A stretch of 41,207 nt of DNA from Verrucomicrobiaceae bacterium (GCA_051252135.1 JBPOGH010000027.1:1-41207); one strand, 5' to 3'. Shown: positions 9,057 through 19,343, counted from the stretch's first letter. The notes: generated by a model from the sequence alone, not told the origin. A program made the numbers and translations.

Positions 9057-10612
9057 GACTTGGGAAAAGTATAAGTAACAGTGAGAGTCGTTCGCTCGGC
9101 CTTCAGCTTCAGCGGCACCACCAACGGCCCGTCCTTCTCACCTCGCATTATCGGCTCCAGCCCACCATCCGAGCTCGTCGAAAGAGTCACCTTGCCATCC
9201 AGAAGATACCCCTCCGGCACCGCCTCCACCTTCGGCCCCGCCGCCAACGCAAGATGGAGCCCTTCAGGCACAGCATCCCCCAACTCAAAAACAATCTCCC
9301 GCACCAGCTCACGCCGACCGCTCTTTTCCGCAAAAGTCGACTTTTCAAACACCTTCACCCCGGCCACCTCATAGCGAAAGGTCGGTATCCCCTTCGCATC
9401 CAGCGAATAGCCTCCAAAATCCATCTCCACCCCTGTCTCATCGGACAACCGTCCGAAGGCAGGACGATTCAGCAACCGCACCACCTCCGTCCCCGCCGGC
9501 TTCTGAAATCCCGTCCCCCGATTCGTCCAATGCTTCCCGCCATCAATAAAGTCGCCCTGCCACACCAAATCCAATCCCAGATGCACAATGCTAAACGCCT
9601 GGTTCACCCCGCCATCGAGCCCCACTCCAATCGCCTTGGGCTGCGCACCCGCAATAAAGTTCCGGTACAGAATCGCTCCCTCTTCCGGCGCCACCAGCAT
9701 GATCGCCGGCTCCGATGGCGTGATCTCCAGCCGGCTCTCCGAAAGCCAGGGCTTACCCGTCGGCCCGCTCATCTGAAACGACAACCCCGGATCCCCCTGA
9801 TTATTAAAATACTCCAGCCGAAACTGATTTGCCCCCTCAAGCATCCGGAAACGCTGAATCCGCGCCCGCTCCGATCCCCTCGGCCCCACTCCCTCAACCT
9901 CCACAATCTTCCGCCCATTGATATAAAGAGCCGCCCCGTCGGACGCATCCAGCATCGCGTTATAATCCCCTTCTTTCGCCGTCACAATCTCACCCTCCCA
10001 CACAATCCCAAATTCCTTCTCACGGTTCCCGTGTGCCACATCCACCAGATTCCTCGGCTCTTCCTCCACACTCACCACCTCCAGCTTCGAAAAGTCCGGC
10101 ATCACTTCCCACTTCCCGTGGTAAACCGATGACGTCAGATTCCGCAACCGCGGCCATCCTTGCCCAAACTCGATCGGGTGCTTCCGACGCAACTCGTCCG
10201 CCGTAAAATACTCCATCTTCTCAATCCGCTCCGCCAACTCCCCCCGCACCTTCCCCACCTGCTCCGCCTTCACCGCAGACCCCTTGTTCCCCCACGACTT
10301 CCGGACATACGTCAATATCGCCGCCAGTTGCTCATCATTAATCACCGCCCCCTGGGGAGGCATCGCCAGATTATAGAGCCTTCCGTTCACTTCAATCGGC
10401 CCCTTCAGCCCCGCCAACACCGCACTGATCGCACGGTCCGGTTTCCCCAGCAACCACTCGCTCTTCGCCAGCGGAGGATTCAAATTCCCCTCCGGACCCA
10501 CCCCGTCGGTCCCGTGACACGCCGAACAAAACTGCGTATACAACACCTTGCCATCTTCCACTGCGGAAGCCGGATTCAACAAAAAAGGAAGGAGGAAAAA
10601 GAAACGCTTCAT
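9053..10612 (-). CDS. Cytochrome c plus PA14-like domain protein
   Basis: Signal peptide; CSACH, PPLAKSEW, axial Met in AMPP, ILTYVRKSWGN; PA14-like FGIVWEGEI...ASDGAALYING...RLEYF. Confidence 0.85.
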   Translation of the reverse strand: MKRFFFLLPFLLNPASAVEDGKVLYTQFCSACHGTDGVGPEGNLNPPLAKSEWLLGKPDRAISAVLAGLKGPIEVNGRLYNLAMPPQGAVINDEQLAAILTYVRKSWGNKGSAVKAEQVGKVRGELAERIEKMEYFTADELRRKHPIEFGQGWPRLRNLTSSVYHGKWEVMPDFSKLEVVSVEEEPRNLVDVAHGNREKEFGIVWEGEIVTAKEGDYNAMLDASDGAALYINGRKIVEVEGVGPRGSERARIQRFRMLEGANQFRLEYFNNQGDPGLSFQMSGPTGKPWLSESRLEITPSEPAIMLVAPEEGAILYRNFIAGAQPKAIGVGLDGGVNQAFSIVHLGLDLVWQGDFIDGGKHWTNRGTGFQKPAGTEVVRLLNRPAFGRLSDETGVEMDFGGYSLDAKGIPTFRYEVAGVKVFEKSTFAEKSGRRELVREIVFELGDAVPEGLHLALAAGPKVEAVPEGYLLDGKVTLSTSSDGGLEPIMRGEKDGPLVVPLKLKAERTTLTVTYTFPKS

Positions 10613-10677
10613 ACAAAAATGTCAGGCACCCAATGGCACTCTCCCTACCTTGCCAATTTTAACCCCCAAATCAACCC

Positions 10678-12162
10678 TCAGTATTTTTTCCAAAGCGCGC
10701 GACTGAACAAAATCAGCACCGCAACATACTCCAAACGCCCCAAAACCATAATCCCCGAGCACAAAACCTTACTCGCACTCGACAACTCCCCGAAACTCTC
10801 CGTCGGCCCCATCTCCGCAAACGCCGGACCCGTATTCCCCAACAAACTCACAATCAACGATAAGGTCCCCAGCGCACTGTGATGATGCTCCAATATCCGG
10901 AACAAAATCGCCCCCGTAATCGCAAAAAAACCAAATAACGAAATCACCAAAAGCAGCTGCGCCAACGTCGAATCCGTCACCGGACGCCCCCCCATCTTGA
11001 TCGGAATCAACACCTTGGGCCGAAAAGTCTGCTTCAGCCCCCCTTTCACATAACGAACCCACAGCACAATCCGGCTCACCTTTAACCCCCCCGCCGTCGA
11101 TCCCGAGCAACCCCCGATGATCATCAACACCAGAATCGTCCCGATCGTCACATCCCCCCACTGCTCAAAGTCGGTCGAAACATACCCCGTGCTTGTCGAC
11201 ATCGACACCACGTTGAACACCACATCCACCGGATGGGCCTCAAAGTGACTCGCAATCTGCGAGCCAAACAATACCAGACACGCCGCCCCCAGGAGCCCGA
11301 AATACCACCACACCTCCTCGTATCGCTGACGAAATTCCCGCGTGTTCCGCTTAATCAACGACAGATAAAAAGGAAAACTGATCGCTCCACAAGTCATCAC
11401 AATGATCAGCCAACATTTCACCCACACCGTAAACTCCGGACCCGCCGCACTGTCATTCTCCGTCCCGAATCCCCCGGTCGAAACCGCCGTCATGATATGA
11501 TTCACCGCCTGAAAGGGTGACAGCCCAAGCAAGAACAACCCCAGTCCGCCCACCACCGTGAACCCAAAATACAACACCCACAACTGACGCATCGTCTGGC
11601 GCAAACTCGCCAAATCGGAATTCGACATCGACGACTCCGCCCCGATCAGCGTCTTGCTGCTCACCCCCATCCCCGAGAGCACCACCACAAACATCGCCAA
11701 AATCCCCATCCCGCCCACCCATTGCGTCACCGAGCGCCAAAGCAAAATGCTCTTCGGCAGTCCCTCAATCTCCATAAAAATCGTCGCCCCCGTCGTCGTC
11801 AACCCCGACACACTCTCAAAAATCGCCGAGGAAAACGGCAAATGCGGCTCACAAAAAAGATAGGGCATCGCCCCAATCATCGAGCACACCACCCACCCGA
11901 TCCCCACCAGGGCCATCGCCTCCCGCCGCCGCATCACCTGCGCCGACTTCTTCCGCTTCACCAGAATCCGCCCCCCGAAATAAAAGGATGATCCCACCGC
12001 CACCGTAATCGCCAACGACGATCCCCATCCCACCAAATCAAGCGAAGGATTATGGCCAACATCAATCGGCACCACAAAACTGAGCCCCAGACAAATCACC
12101 ATCGCCACCCCAAGAAGCAGCACCATGGTTCCCAAGGCCCGGAGAAGAATCGCAATGTTCAC
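10678..12162 (-). CDS. trkH: Trk system potassium uptake membrane protein
   Basis: FESVSGLTTTGAT, QWVGGMGIL, AVSTGGF, GGCSGSTAGGLK, GRLE; multiple TM segments. Confidence 0.93.
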   Translation of the reverse strand: MNIAILLRALGTMVLLLGVAMVICLGLSFVVPIDVGHNPSLDLVGWGSSLAITVAVGSSFYFGGRILVKRKKSAQVMRRREAMALVGIGWVVCSMIGAMPYLFCEPHLPFSSAIFESVSGLTTTGATIFMEIEGLPKSILLWRSVTQWVGGMGILAMFVVVLSGMGVSSKTLIGAESSMSNSDLASLRQTMRQLWVLYFGFTVVGGLGLFLLGLSPFQAVNHIMTAVSTGGFGTENDSAAGPEFTVWVKCWLIIVMTCGAISFPFYLSLIKRNTREFRQRYEEVWWYFGLLGAACLVLFGSQIASHFEAHPVDVVFNVVSMSTSTGYVSTDFEQWGDVTIGTILVLMIIGGCSGSTAGGLKVSRIVLWVRYVKGGLKQTFRPKVLIPIKMGGRPVTDSTLAQLLLVISLFGFFAITGAILFRILEHHHSALGTLSLIVSLLGNTGPAFAEMGPTESFGELSSASKVLCSGIMVLGRLEYVAVLILFSRALWKKY

Positions 12163-12173
12163 GTGGCAAAACC

Positions 12174-13454
12174 CTAGAGAGCCGATTCCCCTTCGACCAC
12201 TGCAAAAAGGGCGATCGTCCGGCCCACCGATCCCTCATGTTTTCGCAAGGTCGCAGCGGCCGACTCCACCTGCTCCCCTGCTCCCGCAAGGGCCCTCCGC
12301 ACCGCTTCAGTCACCTCCTCCTGACTCTCCACCATCTGAATCCCTCCCGCCGACCGCAACTCGCTCACCAAGGGCTCAAAATTACTCATCTCCGGCCCGC
12401 AGATCACCGGAATCCCTGCCAAAATCGCCTCCCCCGGATTCTGCCCCCCCTTGTTGAAAAAGCTCTTCCCGATCACCACCACCTCCGCATGCGCCGTCCA
12501 ATCCCGCAACTCACCCGTCGAATCGATCACAAAAACATCACCCGCGTCCGGCTCCCGAAATTTGGAACGGAGCACCACCCCGCACCCCGTCACCCTCTCA
12601 ATCGCCTCCACCACCTCGTCCCGCCGCTCCGCATGCCGCGGCACAATCACCGGAAGCACATCCTCACCCGCATTCAGAAACGCCTCCGCCAACCACTCCT
12701 CCTCACCCGCAAAGGTCGACACCGCCATCACCACCTTCCGCCCCACCCCAAACGCCCCAATCATCGCCGCAAATTCCTCCCGCTTCATCGGCACCCCCGC
12801 TCCCTTCGCATCAAATTTCACATTCCCCGTCACCTGCACCACCCCCTCACGCGCTCCCAGACGCTCCCACCTCTCCACATCAGCCTCCTCCGGCACCCCG
12901 ATCACATCCAGCTGACCGATCAGCGATTTCGTAATCCCGCTCAAAGACTCCAACCGCTTCGCCGACCTCGGCGACAAGCGCGCATTCGCCAACCCAATCG
13001 GCACCCCCGCCCGCTGCGCTTCATGCAATAAATTCGGCCACAGCTCCGACTCGATCAACACAATCACCCGAGGCGCAAACCGCTTCAACACCCGCCGAAT
13101 CAAAAACGAAAAATCAACCGGCGCATAAATCACCCGCACCCCCTCCGGAGCCTTCTCCCTCGCCACCGCCATCCCCGTCGCCGTCGTCGGCACCAAAATA
13201 AAATGATCCTCACTCACTTCCCGCCACGCCTCGATCAACTTCAGCGCCAGCAGCGTCTCCCCCACACTCACCGCATGCACATAAACCGCCCCCTGCTTCT
13301 CAAACTCCGCATCCCTTCCATAAATCCCCACCCGCTCCAGCAGCCCCGTCCCCCATCCGCCCCGGCGAATCATCTTCACCAGCCAAAAAGGAGCCGCCAC
13401 CAGGCACACCACCGGCAGCACCAAATTGTAGAAAAAACGAACCAAGCCAGCCAT
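12174..13454 (-). CDS. waaA: 3-deoxy-D-manno-octulosonic acid (Kdo) transferase
   Basis: HAVSVGE, ESELWPN, NARLS, TGNVKFD, VPRHAER, GGQNPGEA; alternative start GTG 13463. Confidence 0.93.
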   Translation of the reverse strand: MAGLVRFFYNLVLPVVCLVAAPFWLVKMIRRGGWGTGLLERVGIYGRDAEFEKQGAVYVHAVSVGETLLALKLIEAWREVSEDHFILVPTTATGMAVAREKAPEGVRVIYAPVDFSFLIRRVLKRFAPRVIVLIESELWPNLLHEAQRAGVPIGLANARLSPRSAKRLESLSGITKSLIGQLDVIGVPEEADVERWERLGAREGVVQVTGNVKFDAKGAGVPMKREEFAAMIGAFGVGRKVVMAVSTFAGEEEWLAEAFLNAGEDVLPVIVPRHAERRDEVVEAIERVTGCGVVLRSKFREPDAGDVFVIDSTGELRDWTAHAEVVVIGKSFFNKGGQNPGEAILAGIPVICGPEMSNFEPLVSELRSAGGIQMVESQEEVTEAVRRALAGAGEQVESAAATLRKHEGSVGRTIALFAVVEGESAL

Positions 13455-13466
13455 CGCGTTCACAGC

Positions 13467-14012
13467 CTACGTCGCCCGCTGATAAATGACAATCCGGCTT
13501 CGCCCGTAGTCCTTCTGCCTCAAAAGCTCCAGCCCCTTCGCCTCCGGCACCTCCCCCCGCGCCTCCCGCTCCACAATCAACAGCCCATCCTCCGCCAACC
13601 ACTCACCCCACCCGTCCAGCGCCACCAGATCCCCCGCCAAATCACTCAACCCATCCGCATACGGCGGGTCCGCAAACACCAAATCATACCCCACCTTGTT
13701 CCCCGCCAAAAAACTCTCCACCTCCCGGTTCACCACCTCACCCTTGCCCAGCTTCGTCTTAAACAAATTCTCCTGCAGCGTCTTCACCGCCCCCCGATCC
13801 TTCTCCACAAAGGTCGCCGACTCCGCCCCACGGCTCAGTGCCTCCAACCCCAGCGCTCCCGAGCCCGCAAAAAGATCCAGCACCCGCGCCCCCTCCAGCC
13901 GACCCGTCAAAATCCCAAAAATCGACTCCCGCACCCGATCCGTCGTCGGCCGCGATACTTCCCTCGGAACCCTCAAATGATGTCCCTTCGCTTTTCCGGC
14001 AATAATTCTCAT
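13467..14012 (-). CDS. rsmD: 16S rRNA (guanine966-N2)-methyltransferase
   Basis: MRIIAG, RPTTDRVRESIF, LDLFAGSGALGLEALSRGA, DPPY. Confidence 0.95.
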   Translation of the reverse strand: MRIIAGKAKGHHLRVPREVSRPTTDRVRESIFGILTGRLEGARVLDLFAGSGALGLEALSRGAESATFVEKDRGAVKTLQENLFKTKLGKGEVVNREVESFLAGNKVGYDLVFADPPYADGLSDLAGDLVALDGWGEWLAEDGLLIVEREARGEVPEAKGLELLRQKDYGRSRIVIYQRAT

Positions 14013-15484
14013 GGCACCATCGCGGGCTCCGCAGATCTCCCGCCGCCCTTCACTTGATTAATAACATCCATCAGCGGGACTTCCCGCCCCCCTTTTCCAA
14101 GATCAATACTGGCTCCCGCCTCCCCCAACTCAATCCGCAAATCCCGATACCAACGATCCCGCGTCACCAAAGGCTGGAGATTCAAGGTCCACTCCGGATC
14201 AGCCGCCCGCACCCGCTTCTCGTAACTCTCCGCCCGCTGCGGATTCCCAATCACCCGCACTGTCGCCGCCCCGCCACCCGATGTCAAAAACCCGTTCCCC
14301 AGGAACGCCTCCTCTTCACCAACCAAATACAACTCCGGCGCAGACAGCCCCGCCGTCGACAGCTCAAATCTCGCCCCACCCCGCAAAAAAACCATCTCAC
14401 TCCCGTCCTTCGGATCCTTAATCACACAGCCCGTCATCGTCGTCTCACTGGTTCCATAAATCAAACCCGGCTTCATCAGGTATCCCTGCACCACATTCAA
14501 CGAACTCAACTCGGTGAAATCCACCGGCGGAGCATTCTTCCTCATCGAGGTGAAATTAATCGGCTGCTTGGGCAGCTTAACCTGCACCCCGTATGGCAAC
14601 CCATACTCAAGCTTGCACGTCGCCTCAATCTCCAGCCGCACCCCCACCACCTGAACCTCCGGCTCCCTGATTTCCAAATACCCGTCCCGCCACCTCACCG
14701 GCAGCTCAAGATGATCCTCGAACCCGTCATCGCCCAACTTCAGCTTCCCAAAGCTCACCGCCCCCTCGCGCTCCCGACCCCACAAGGGGATCTCCCCGCT
14801 GATCTCCTCCAACTCCACCGCAAGCTTCGGAGCAGCCGACGATGAAATCCGAATGCTCACGTCGTGAAACAACAAGAGACCCTCAAAATCATCAACCGGA
14901 GCCACCGGCATACTCCCGGCCACCTCACCTCCCGCCACTTCACCCGCCTCTCCCCCTTCGGAACTTGGTGCACCTCCCGTTGGATCACCGCTCTCCGGAG
15001 GAGTCTCAACCTCGTCCCCACCTGGGCCTGCCACCTCAGCCACAGGCTCCACCACCTCAACCTTCACCTCCTCATTCTTCCGCGTCGCCATCAGCGTCTT
15101 CAAATCCTCAAGCCGCACATCCAAACGCACCCCATCGATCTCCATCCGCTCAAACCTCTTCTTACCGCCCAACAGCGATGACCACGAGGGATCAACCCGG
15201 ATACTCCGAACCGATAAGATCGGCTCCACCCCCTCGCTCACTTCCTGCGGCAAGGTGACCGACAGCCCCTTAAGCACCGCACCTCCCCACGGCGTCCACC
15301 CGGCACGATCAATTTTGCAAGGGAGATTGATCCGCTTCTCAAGCACCCCCTCCACCATCCCCGTTCCCCACGGAGTGACAAAAAAAAGATTCCCCGCTCC
15401 TAGCCCCACGAAGGGCAGAAGTCCAAGAATGAGCGCCCGTCGTTTCGTCAACCGAAAGAGGGCCCGCATCTGGGCCATGTTCAC
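14009..15484 (-). CDS. Membrane-anchored hypothetical protein, possibly AsmA-like
   Basis: N-terminal TM followed by a beta-rich body; low-complexity E/G/P linker; ATGA overlap with rsmD. Confidence 0.6.
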   Translation of the reverse strand: MNMAQMRALFRLTKRRALILGLLPFVGLGAGNLFFVTPWGTGMVEGVLEKRINLPCKIDRAGWTPWGGAVLKGLSVTLPQEVSEGVEPILSVRSIRVDPSWSSLLGGKKRFERMEIDGVRLDVRLEDLKTLMATRKNEEVKVEVVEPVAEVAGPGGDEVETPPESGDPTGGAPSSEGGEAGEVAGGEVAGSMPVAPVDDFEGLLLFHDVSIRISSSAAPKLAVELEEISGEIPLWGREREGAVSFGKLKLGDDGFEDHLELPVRWRDGYLEIREPEVQVVGVRLEIEATCKLEYGLPYGVQVKLPKQPINFTSMRKNAPPVDFTELSSLNVVQGYLMKPGLIYGTSETTMTGCVIKDPKDGSEMVFLRGGARFELSTAGLSAPELYLVGEEEAFLGNGFLTSGGGAATVRVIGNPQRAESYEKRVRAADPEWTLNLQPLVTRDRWYRDLRIELGEAGASIDLGKGGREVPLMDVINQVKGGGRSAEPAMVP

Positions 15485-15493
15485 AACGGAAGC

Positions 15494-16210
15494 CTACTCC
15501 CCGCCCCCCTCGAGAGGAAAGCGAATGAGGACACTTTGATCATAAAGCACCCGCCCAACCGAACTCACATCCTGCAGGCGATAGACCAACAAGCCAAACT
15601 TGCCCTCCTCGGTCTTCCCGATCGCAAAGTTCTCCTTGGTCTTACCAAGAGCACTCTCCTCCTCATATTTCCACTCATGTCCCGTCCAGGCGCGCAAAAT
15701 ACTCTCCGGCTCCGCCTTGATATCCTCAAGCCGCTTCATCTTGCCATTCGGAGAAGTAAACGCATCGGTTTCCGGATCATACCGAAGCAAGGTAATCTTG
15801 GCTCCCACCCCGCTCACCCGGATCATCCATTGATCTCCCAGAGGCTCGAGACGAATCCCGACCGGCTGGATCATCTTGAACTCACGCTGGTCCCAAAGCT
15901 CCAAATATTTGGCATACTGCTCCTTCGAAAGACCCAGTCGTTCATCATAGGCCAAAGGAATGCCCGGCTTCGATTTCGCTGAATACTCCGCAAACCATTC
16001 GGCATTCTTCGCCGACGCCTCTTTGACGATATCCAAATATTCCTGAATCTCATCCGGCGGAATCACCGCCACAACTTCTCCCTTCACACCCACATTGGGC
16101 TTCAGATAAGCCCCGAGCACCTTCGGTGCGTCCTGGGCTACTGCGGGAACGGTCGCTGCTGCCAAAATGGCCAGAAACGAGATCGCCTTGACTAAATATT
16201 TTCCTCTCAT
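15494..16210 (-). CDS. Secreted hypothetical protein
   Basis: Signal peptide MRGKYLVKAISFLAILAAATVPAVA; ATG 16210 avoids overlap with the upstream gene. Confidence 0.75.
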   Translation of the reverse strand: MRGKYLVKAISFLAILAAATVPAVAQDAPKVLGAYLKPNVGVKGEVVAVIPPDEIQEYLDIVKEASAKNAEWFAEYSAKSKPGIPLAYDERLGLSKEQYAKYLELWDQREFKMIQPVGIRLEPLGDQWMIRVSGVGAKITLLRYDPETDAFTSPNGKMKRLEDIKAEPESILRAWTGHEWKYEEESALGKTKENFAIGKTEEGKFGLLVYRLQDVSSVGRVLYDQSVLIRFPLEGGGE

Positions 16211-16229
16211 GAATGATATTATTACTCCC

Positions 16230-16691
16230 TTAAGCGTCGGGATCTTGGTTTTTTTCTCCGGAGTCGGGCGGATTCTCCTTCGATTGCCCCGATCCAATCA
16301 CATAACTCCGGAGAAGTAAACCAGCTCCTGCCGCCACCATCCCCATTACCAGCAACAGATGGGTCGTCTTCATATCCAGCACGAAACGCACCCTGCTGAG
16401 GATCTCCACCGTGATGACCGCCAACCCCAATCCAGCCAGCCACCACGCCCACCGCTTCCCCGCATCAAAAAACAACACCACCACCCCCGCCAAAAATGGC
16501 ACAAAAATAATTCCCATCGAGGTGGTCTCACCCATCCCCCCACGTCCCCCAAACCGGCCCGACACCCAACCATAGGGCGCCGAGGTCACCCGAACCGAAT
16601 CCAAAAACAAATAGAGACCCAGCCCAAACAGAATCAGACCCGCTCCAGCCAGAAACGCCTTCTCTCCTCCTTCTGTTCCACCCGGCTTCAT
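16230..16691 (-). CDS. Small 4-TM membrane protein
   Basis: MKPGGTEGG start, four hydrophobic segments, Gly-rich loop. Confidence 0.75.
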   Translation of the reverse strand: MKPGGTEGGEKAFLAGAGLILFGLGLYLFLDSVRVTSAPYGWVSGRFGGRGGMGETTSMGIIFVPFLAGVVVLFFDAGKRWAWWLAGLGLAVITVEILSRVRFVLDMKTTHLLLVMGMVAAGAGLLLRSYVIGSGQSKENPPDSGEKNQDPDA

Positions 16692-16722
16692 TGATCGTTA
16701 ATAGTCTGATTCCCAACCGACA

Positions 16723-18195
16723 TCAATCCTTGTCGGGATCCGTTCCATACGCCCAGCGATTCGAAATCAACTCTTTGATCTCCACCGACCGGGGACCGGC
16801 CCCTTCGGCTGGAAACGACAACTTGAGAATCAGCGGCACCAAGGTGCCCCTCCCCATGCTCGACGGAGAGATCAATTTTTGAAGTTCCTTCTCCAATACC
16901 GTCCCCCGCTTCACGAACCCCATCAAATACTCGTCGGAATCACGAAACGTCAGCTTGTAGTTCTGCCATACCGACTCGTCCTTGAACCCATAGGAATAAT
17001 AGTCATCCAGCTGAACATAGACCCGGAAATTCATCGGCTTGGTCGGACGGTCCTTGAGGTAACTGTCGATCTGGTAAGGTTGGTAGGCCACCTCGGATTC
17101 CCAGTCCACTGAGAGGCCGTCTTCGCCATCTTCAAGCAGGACCGCTTTCTCCTCCCCATCGGCAAACTCCACCAACAAGGCCACGAAGGACCGGTTATCC
17201 AGAGAAACAATGTGGTATTCCAAAATCGTCCGGAACTCATGGGGAACAATCGGATTTCTCGAATAATATTCCGCCATCAGGGGCCCCACCCGATCTGCAT
17301 GCCGCACGTATATCAGCTTCTCCTCCACCGTCTTCCCCCCGAAATACCCCACAATCAATTCCTCAAGCTTCTCATAAAAAGCCTCCGCATTCAGCCGCGC
17401 CTCGGTCTCCGCCTGAATCCCCAATGGCTTGTCACCCGGAATCGCAGGCCCATCAAAACTGGGCTTGATCGGATCACTCGCCACCGGCCGATCGGCCGTG
17501 ATCATCTGATACGCCGCAAAAAGCAACACCGCCCCAATCGCTCCGATGAGGAGAATAAACCAACCGATCGGCACCGCCTGGCCCGTATTCTTCGCCGCCT
17601 TGTCCAACCAATCAACATCATACCCCAACTGGCCGTCCGGATTTGCCGACGATTCAGCCATCATCGTATTCAAAAATTCCCGATCCTCCCGCTTCTTCAC
17701 TATCTTCGAAGGATCCACGTAAACTGGCTCCGAGACCTCCTCCAGTCTCACCACCTCTTCCTCCGGTTCCGGCTCATCATCCTCGATCACCCGAATCTGA
17801 ACCTCTTCCTCATCCCCAACCTCTTCTTCCACCACAACCTCTTCCTCCGCCACAACCTCTTCCTCCGCCACAACCTCTTCCTCCACCACAACCTCGTCCT
17901 CCGCCACAACCTCTTCTTCCGCCACAGCTTCTTCTTCCACCACAACCGCTTCTTCCGCTACAGTTTCTTCCTCCACTTCCACCTTCTCCAAATCGGGACC
18001 CGCTTCTTCCACAGCCTTCAATTCGGAATCCTTCTCTGGCTCATCGGAATCTTCGTCATCTTCCAGATCTCCAAGATCCTCAATCGATGGCTTCGCGACC
18101 AATTCATCGTCATCAGCCACAATGCGAAGCTCAAGCTGCTCGGTTAAATCTCTTTTTTTCTTCACAGGAACGGGGTGATTGAAATCTGGGGGCAA
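16723..18195 (-). CDS. Single-pass membrane protein with acidic repeat N-terminus
   Basis: Acidic N-terminus with EEEVVA repeats, TM WFILLIGAIGAVLLFAAY, globular C-terminus; TTG start uncertain. Confidence 0.75.
   Translation of the reverse strand: MPPDFNHPVPVKKKRDLTEQLELRIVADDDELVAKPSIEDLGDLEDDEDSDEPEKDSELKAVEEAGPDLEKVEVEEETVAEEAVVVEEEAVAEEEVVAEDEVVVEEEVVAEEEVVAEEEVVVEEEVGDEEEVQIRVIEDDEPEPEEEVVRLEEVSEPVYVDPSKIVKKREDREFLNTMMAESSANPDGQLGYDVDWLDKAAKNTGQAVPIGWFILLIGAIGAVLLFAAYQMITADRPVASDPIKPSFDGPAIPGDKPLGIQAETEARLNAEAFYEKLEELIVGYFGGKTVEEKLIYVRHADRVGPLMAEYYSRNPIVPHEFRTILEYHIVSLDNRSFVALLVEFADGEEKAVLLEDGEDGLSVDWESEVAYQPYQIDSYLKDRPTKPMNFRVYVQLDDYYSYGFKDESVWQNYKLTFRDSDEYLMGFVKRGTVLEKELQKLISPSSMGRGTLVPLILKLSFPAEGAGPRSVEIKELISNRWAYGTDPDKD
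17801..17980 (-). repeat. 18-bp coding minisatellite, about 10 units
   Basis: + strand unit ACCTCTTCCTCCGCCACA at 17801, 17819, 17837, 17855, 17873, 17891 and 17909, then three degenerate units. Confidence 0.9.
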
Positions 18196-18239
18196 ATGAG
18201 AATCGACGCAACCCCCGATCTCCCCTAGATTTTCATCAA

Positions 18240-19343
18240 GTGGACCTTCCCCGGATTCTTATTCTCACTGCGGGCTTTGGCGACGGGCACAACAGCGCTG
18301 CCCGACACCTCGCAGAAGCCCTCGCCGACCGCTCCACCACCCAGGTCTCCGACCCCTGCCACCTCGGCAACCCCAAGCTTAATGCCTTCCTCAGTAAGGC
18401 CTACCGGGAAATCACGACCTACGTCCCCCGCCTTTGGTCCTGGATCTACCAGTCCACCGATCAACAGGACTTCTCAAAACCACTCCCCTTCCTCAATCAA
18501 ACCGAAGCCGCCGTCGGCAAATTGCTGCGCGACTTTAAGCCCGATCTCGTCGTCACCACCTACCCTCTCTACCCCTACCTTCTCGACCGGCAATTCCCCG
18601 ATGGAAAACGCGTCACCATCGTCACCATCGTCACCGACTCCATGGACGTCAACGCCGCCTGGACTCGCTCGCCATCCGATTTCTTCCTCGTCACCGACCC
18701 CGCCACCCGCGACTCACTCATCAATAGCGGCGTCCCCACCGAAAAAATCATCGTCACCGGCTTCCCCGTCAGCCCCCGCTTCGAGACCCTCCCCGCCATC
18801 GGCTCCGCCGATTCCACCAACCCCTTCCGCGTTCTCTACTTCCCCACCTCCCGCTCCCCCCACGTCCGCGCCATCATGCGCGCTGTCCTCGAAGCACCCG
18901 GGCTCAACACCGAGATCACCGTCGTCCTCGGCCATAACATCCGCCGCCTCTACAAGCGCGCCAAGGAAATCAAAGACGACTTCCCCGGCCGCGTTCACCT
19001 CAAAGGATGGACCCGCAAAGTCCCCGAACTCCTCTGCAGCCACCACCTCATCATCGGAAAAGCCGGCGGCGCCACCGTGCACGAGGCCATCGCCGCCCGC
19101 TGCCCCATGCTCGTCCACCATATCGTCCCCGGACAGGAGGAAGGAAATATCCAGCTCCTCGAAACCCTCGGCATCGGTGCCCTCGCGACCAAACCCGAAA
19201 CCATCCGCGACTCCATCGCCAATCTCTTAACCGATGACGCCCAACTCTGGCGTCGCCAAAAACAATCGCTCACCACCCACTCCCGCCCCGCCGCCGCCCG
19301 CCACGCCGCCGACTTCATCCTCTCCAACATCTCCCAAAAATGA
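18240..19343 (+). CDS. MGDG synthase/UgtP-family glycosyltransferase (GT28)
   Basis: GFGDGHNSAA, TIVTD, TGFPV, IGKAGGATVHE, PGQEEGN. Confidence 0.9.
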   Translation: MDLPRILILTAGFGDGHNSAARHLAEALADRSTTQVSDPCHLGNPKLNAFLSKAYREITTYVPRLWSWIYQSTDQQDFSKPLPFLNQTEAAVGKLLRDFKPDLVVTTYPLYPYLLDRQFPDGKRVTIVTIVTDSMDVNAAWTRSPSDFFLVTDPATRDSLINSGVPTEKIIVTGFPVSPRFETLPAIGSADSTNPFRVLYFPTSRSPHVRAIMRAVLEAPGLNTEITVVLGHNIRRLYKRAKEIKDDFPGRVHLKGWTRKVPELLCSHHLIIGKAGGATVHEAIAARCPMLVHHIVPGQEEGNIQLLETLGIGALATKPETIRDSIANLLTDDAQLWRRQKQSLTTHSRPAAARHAADFILSNISQK

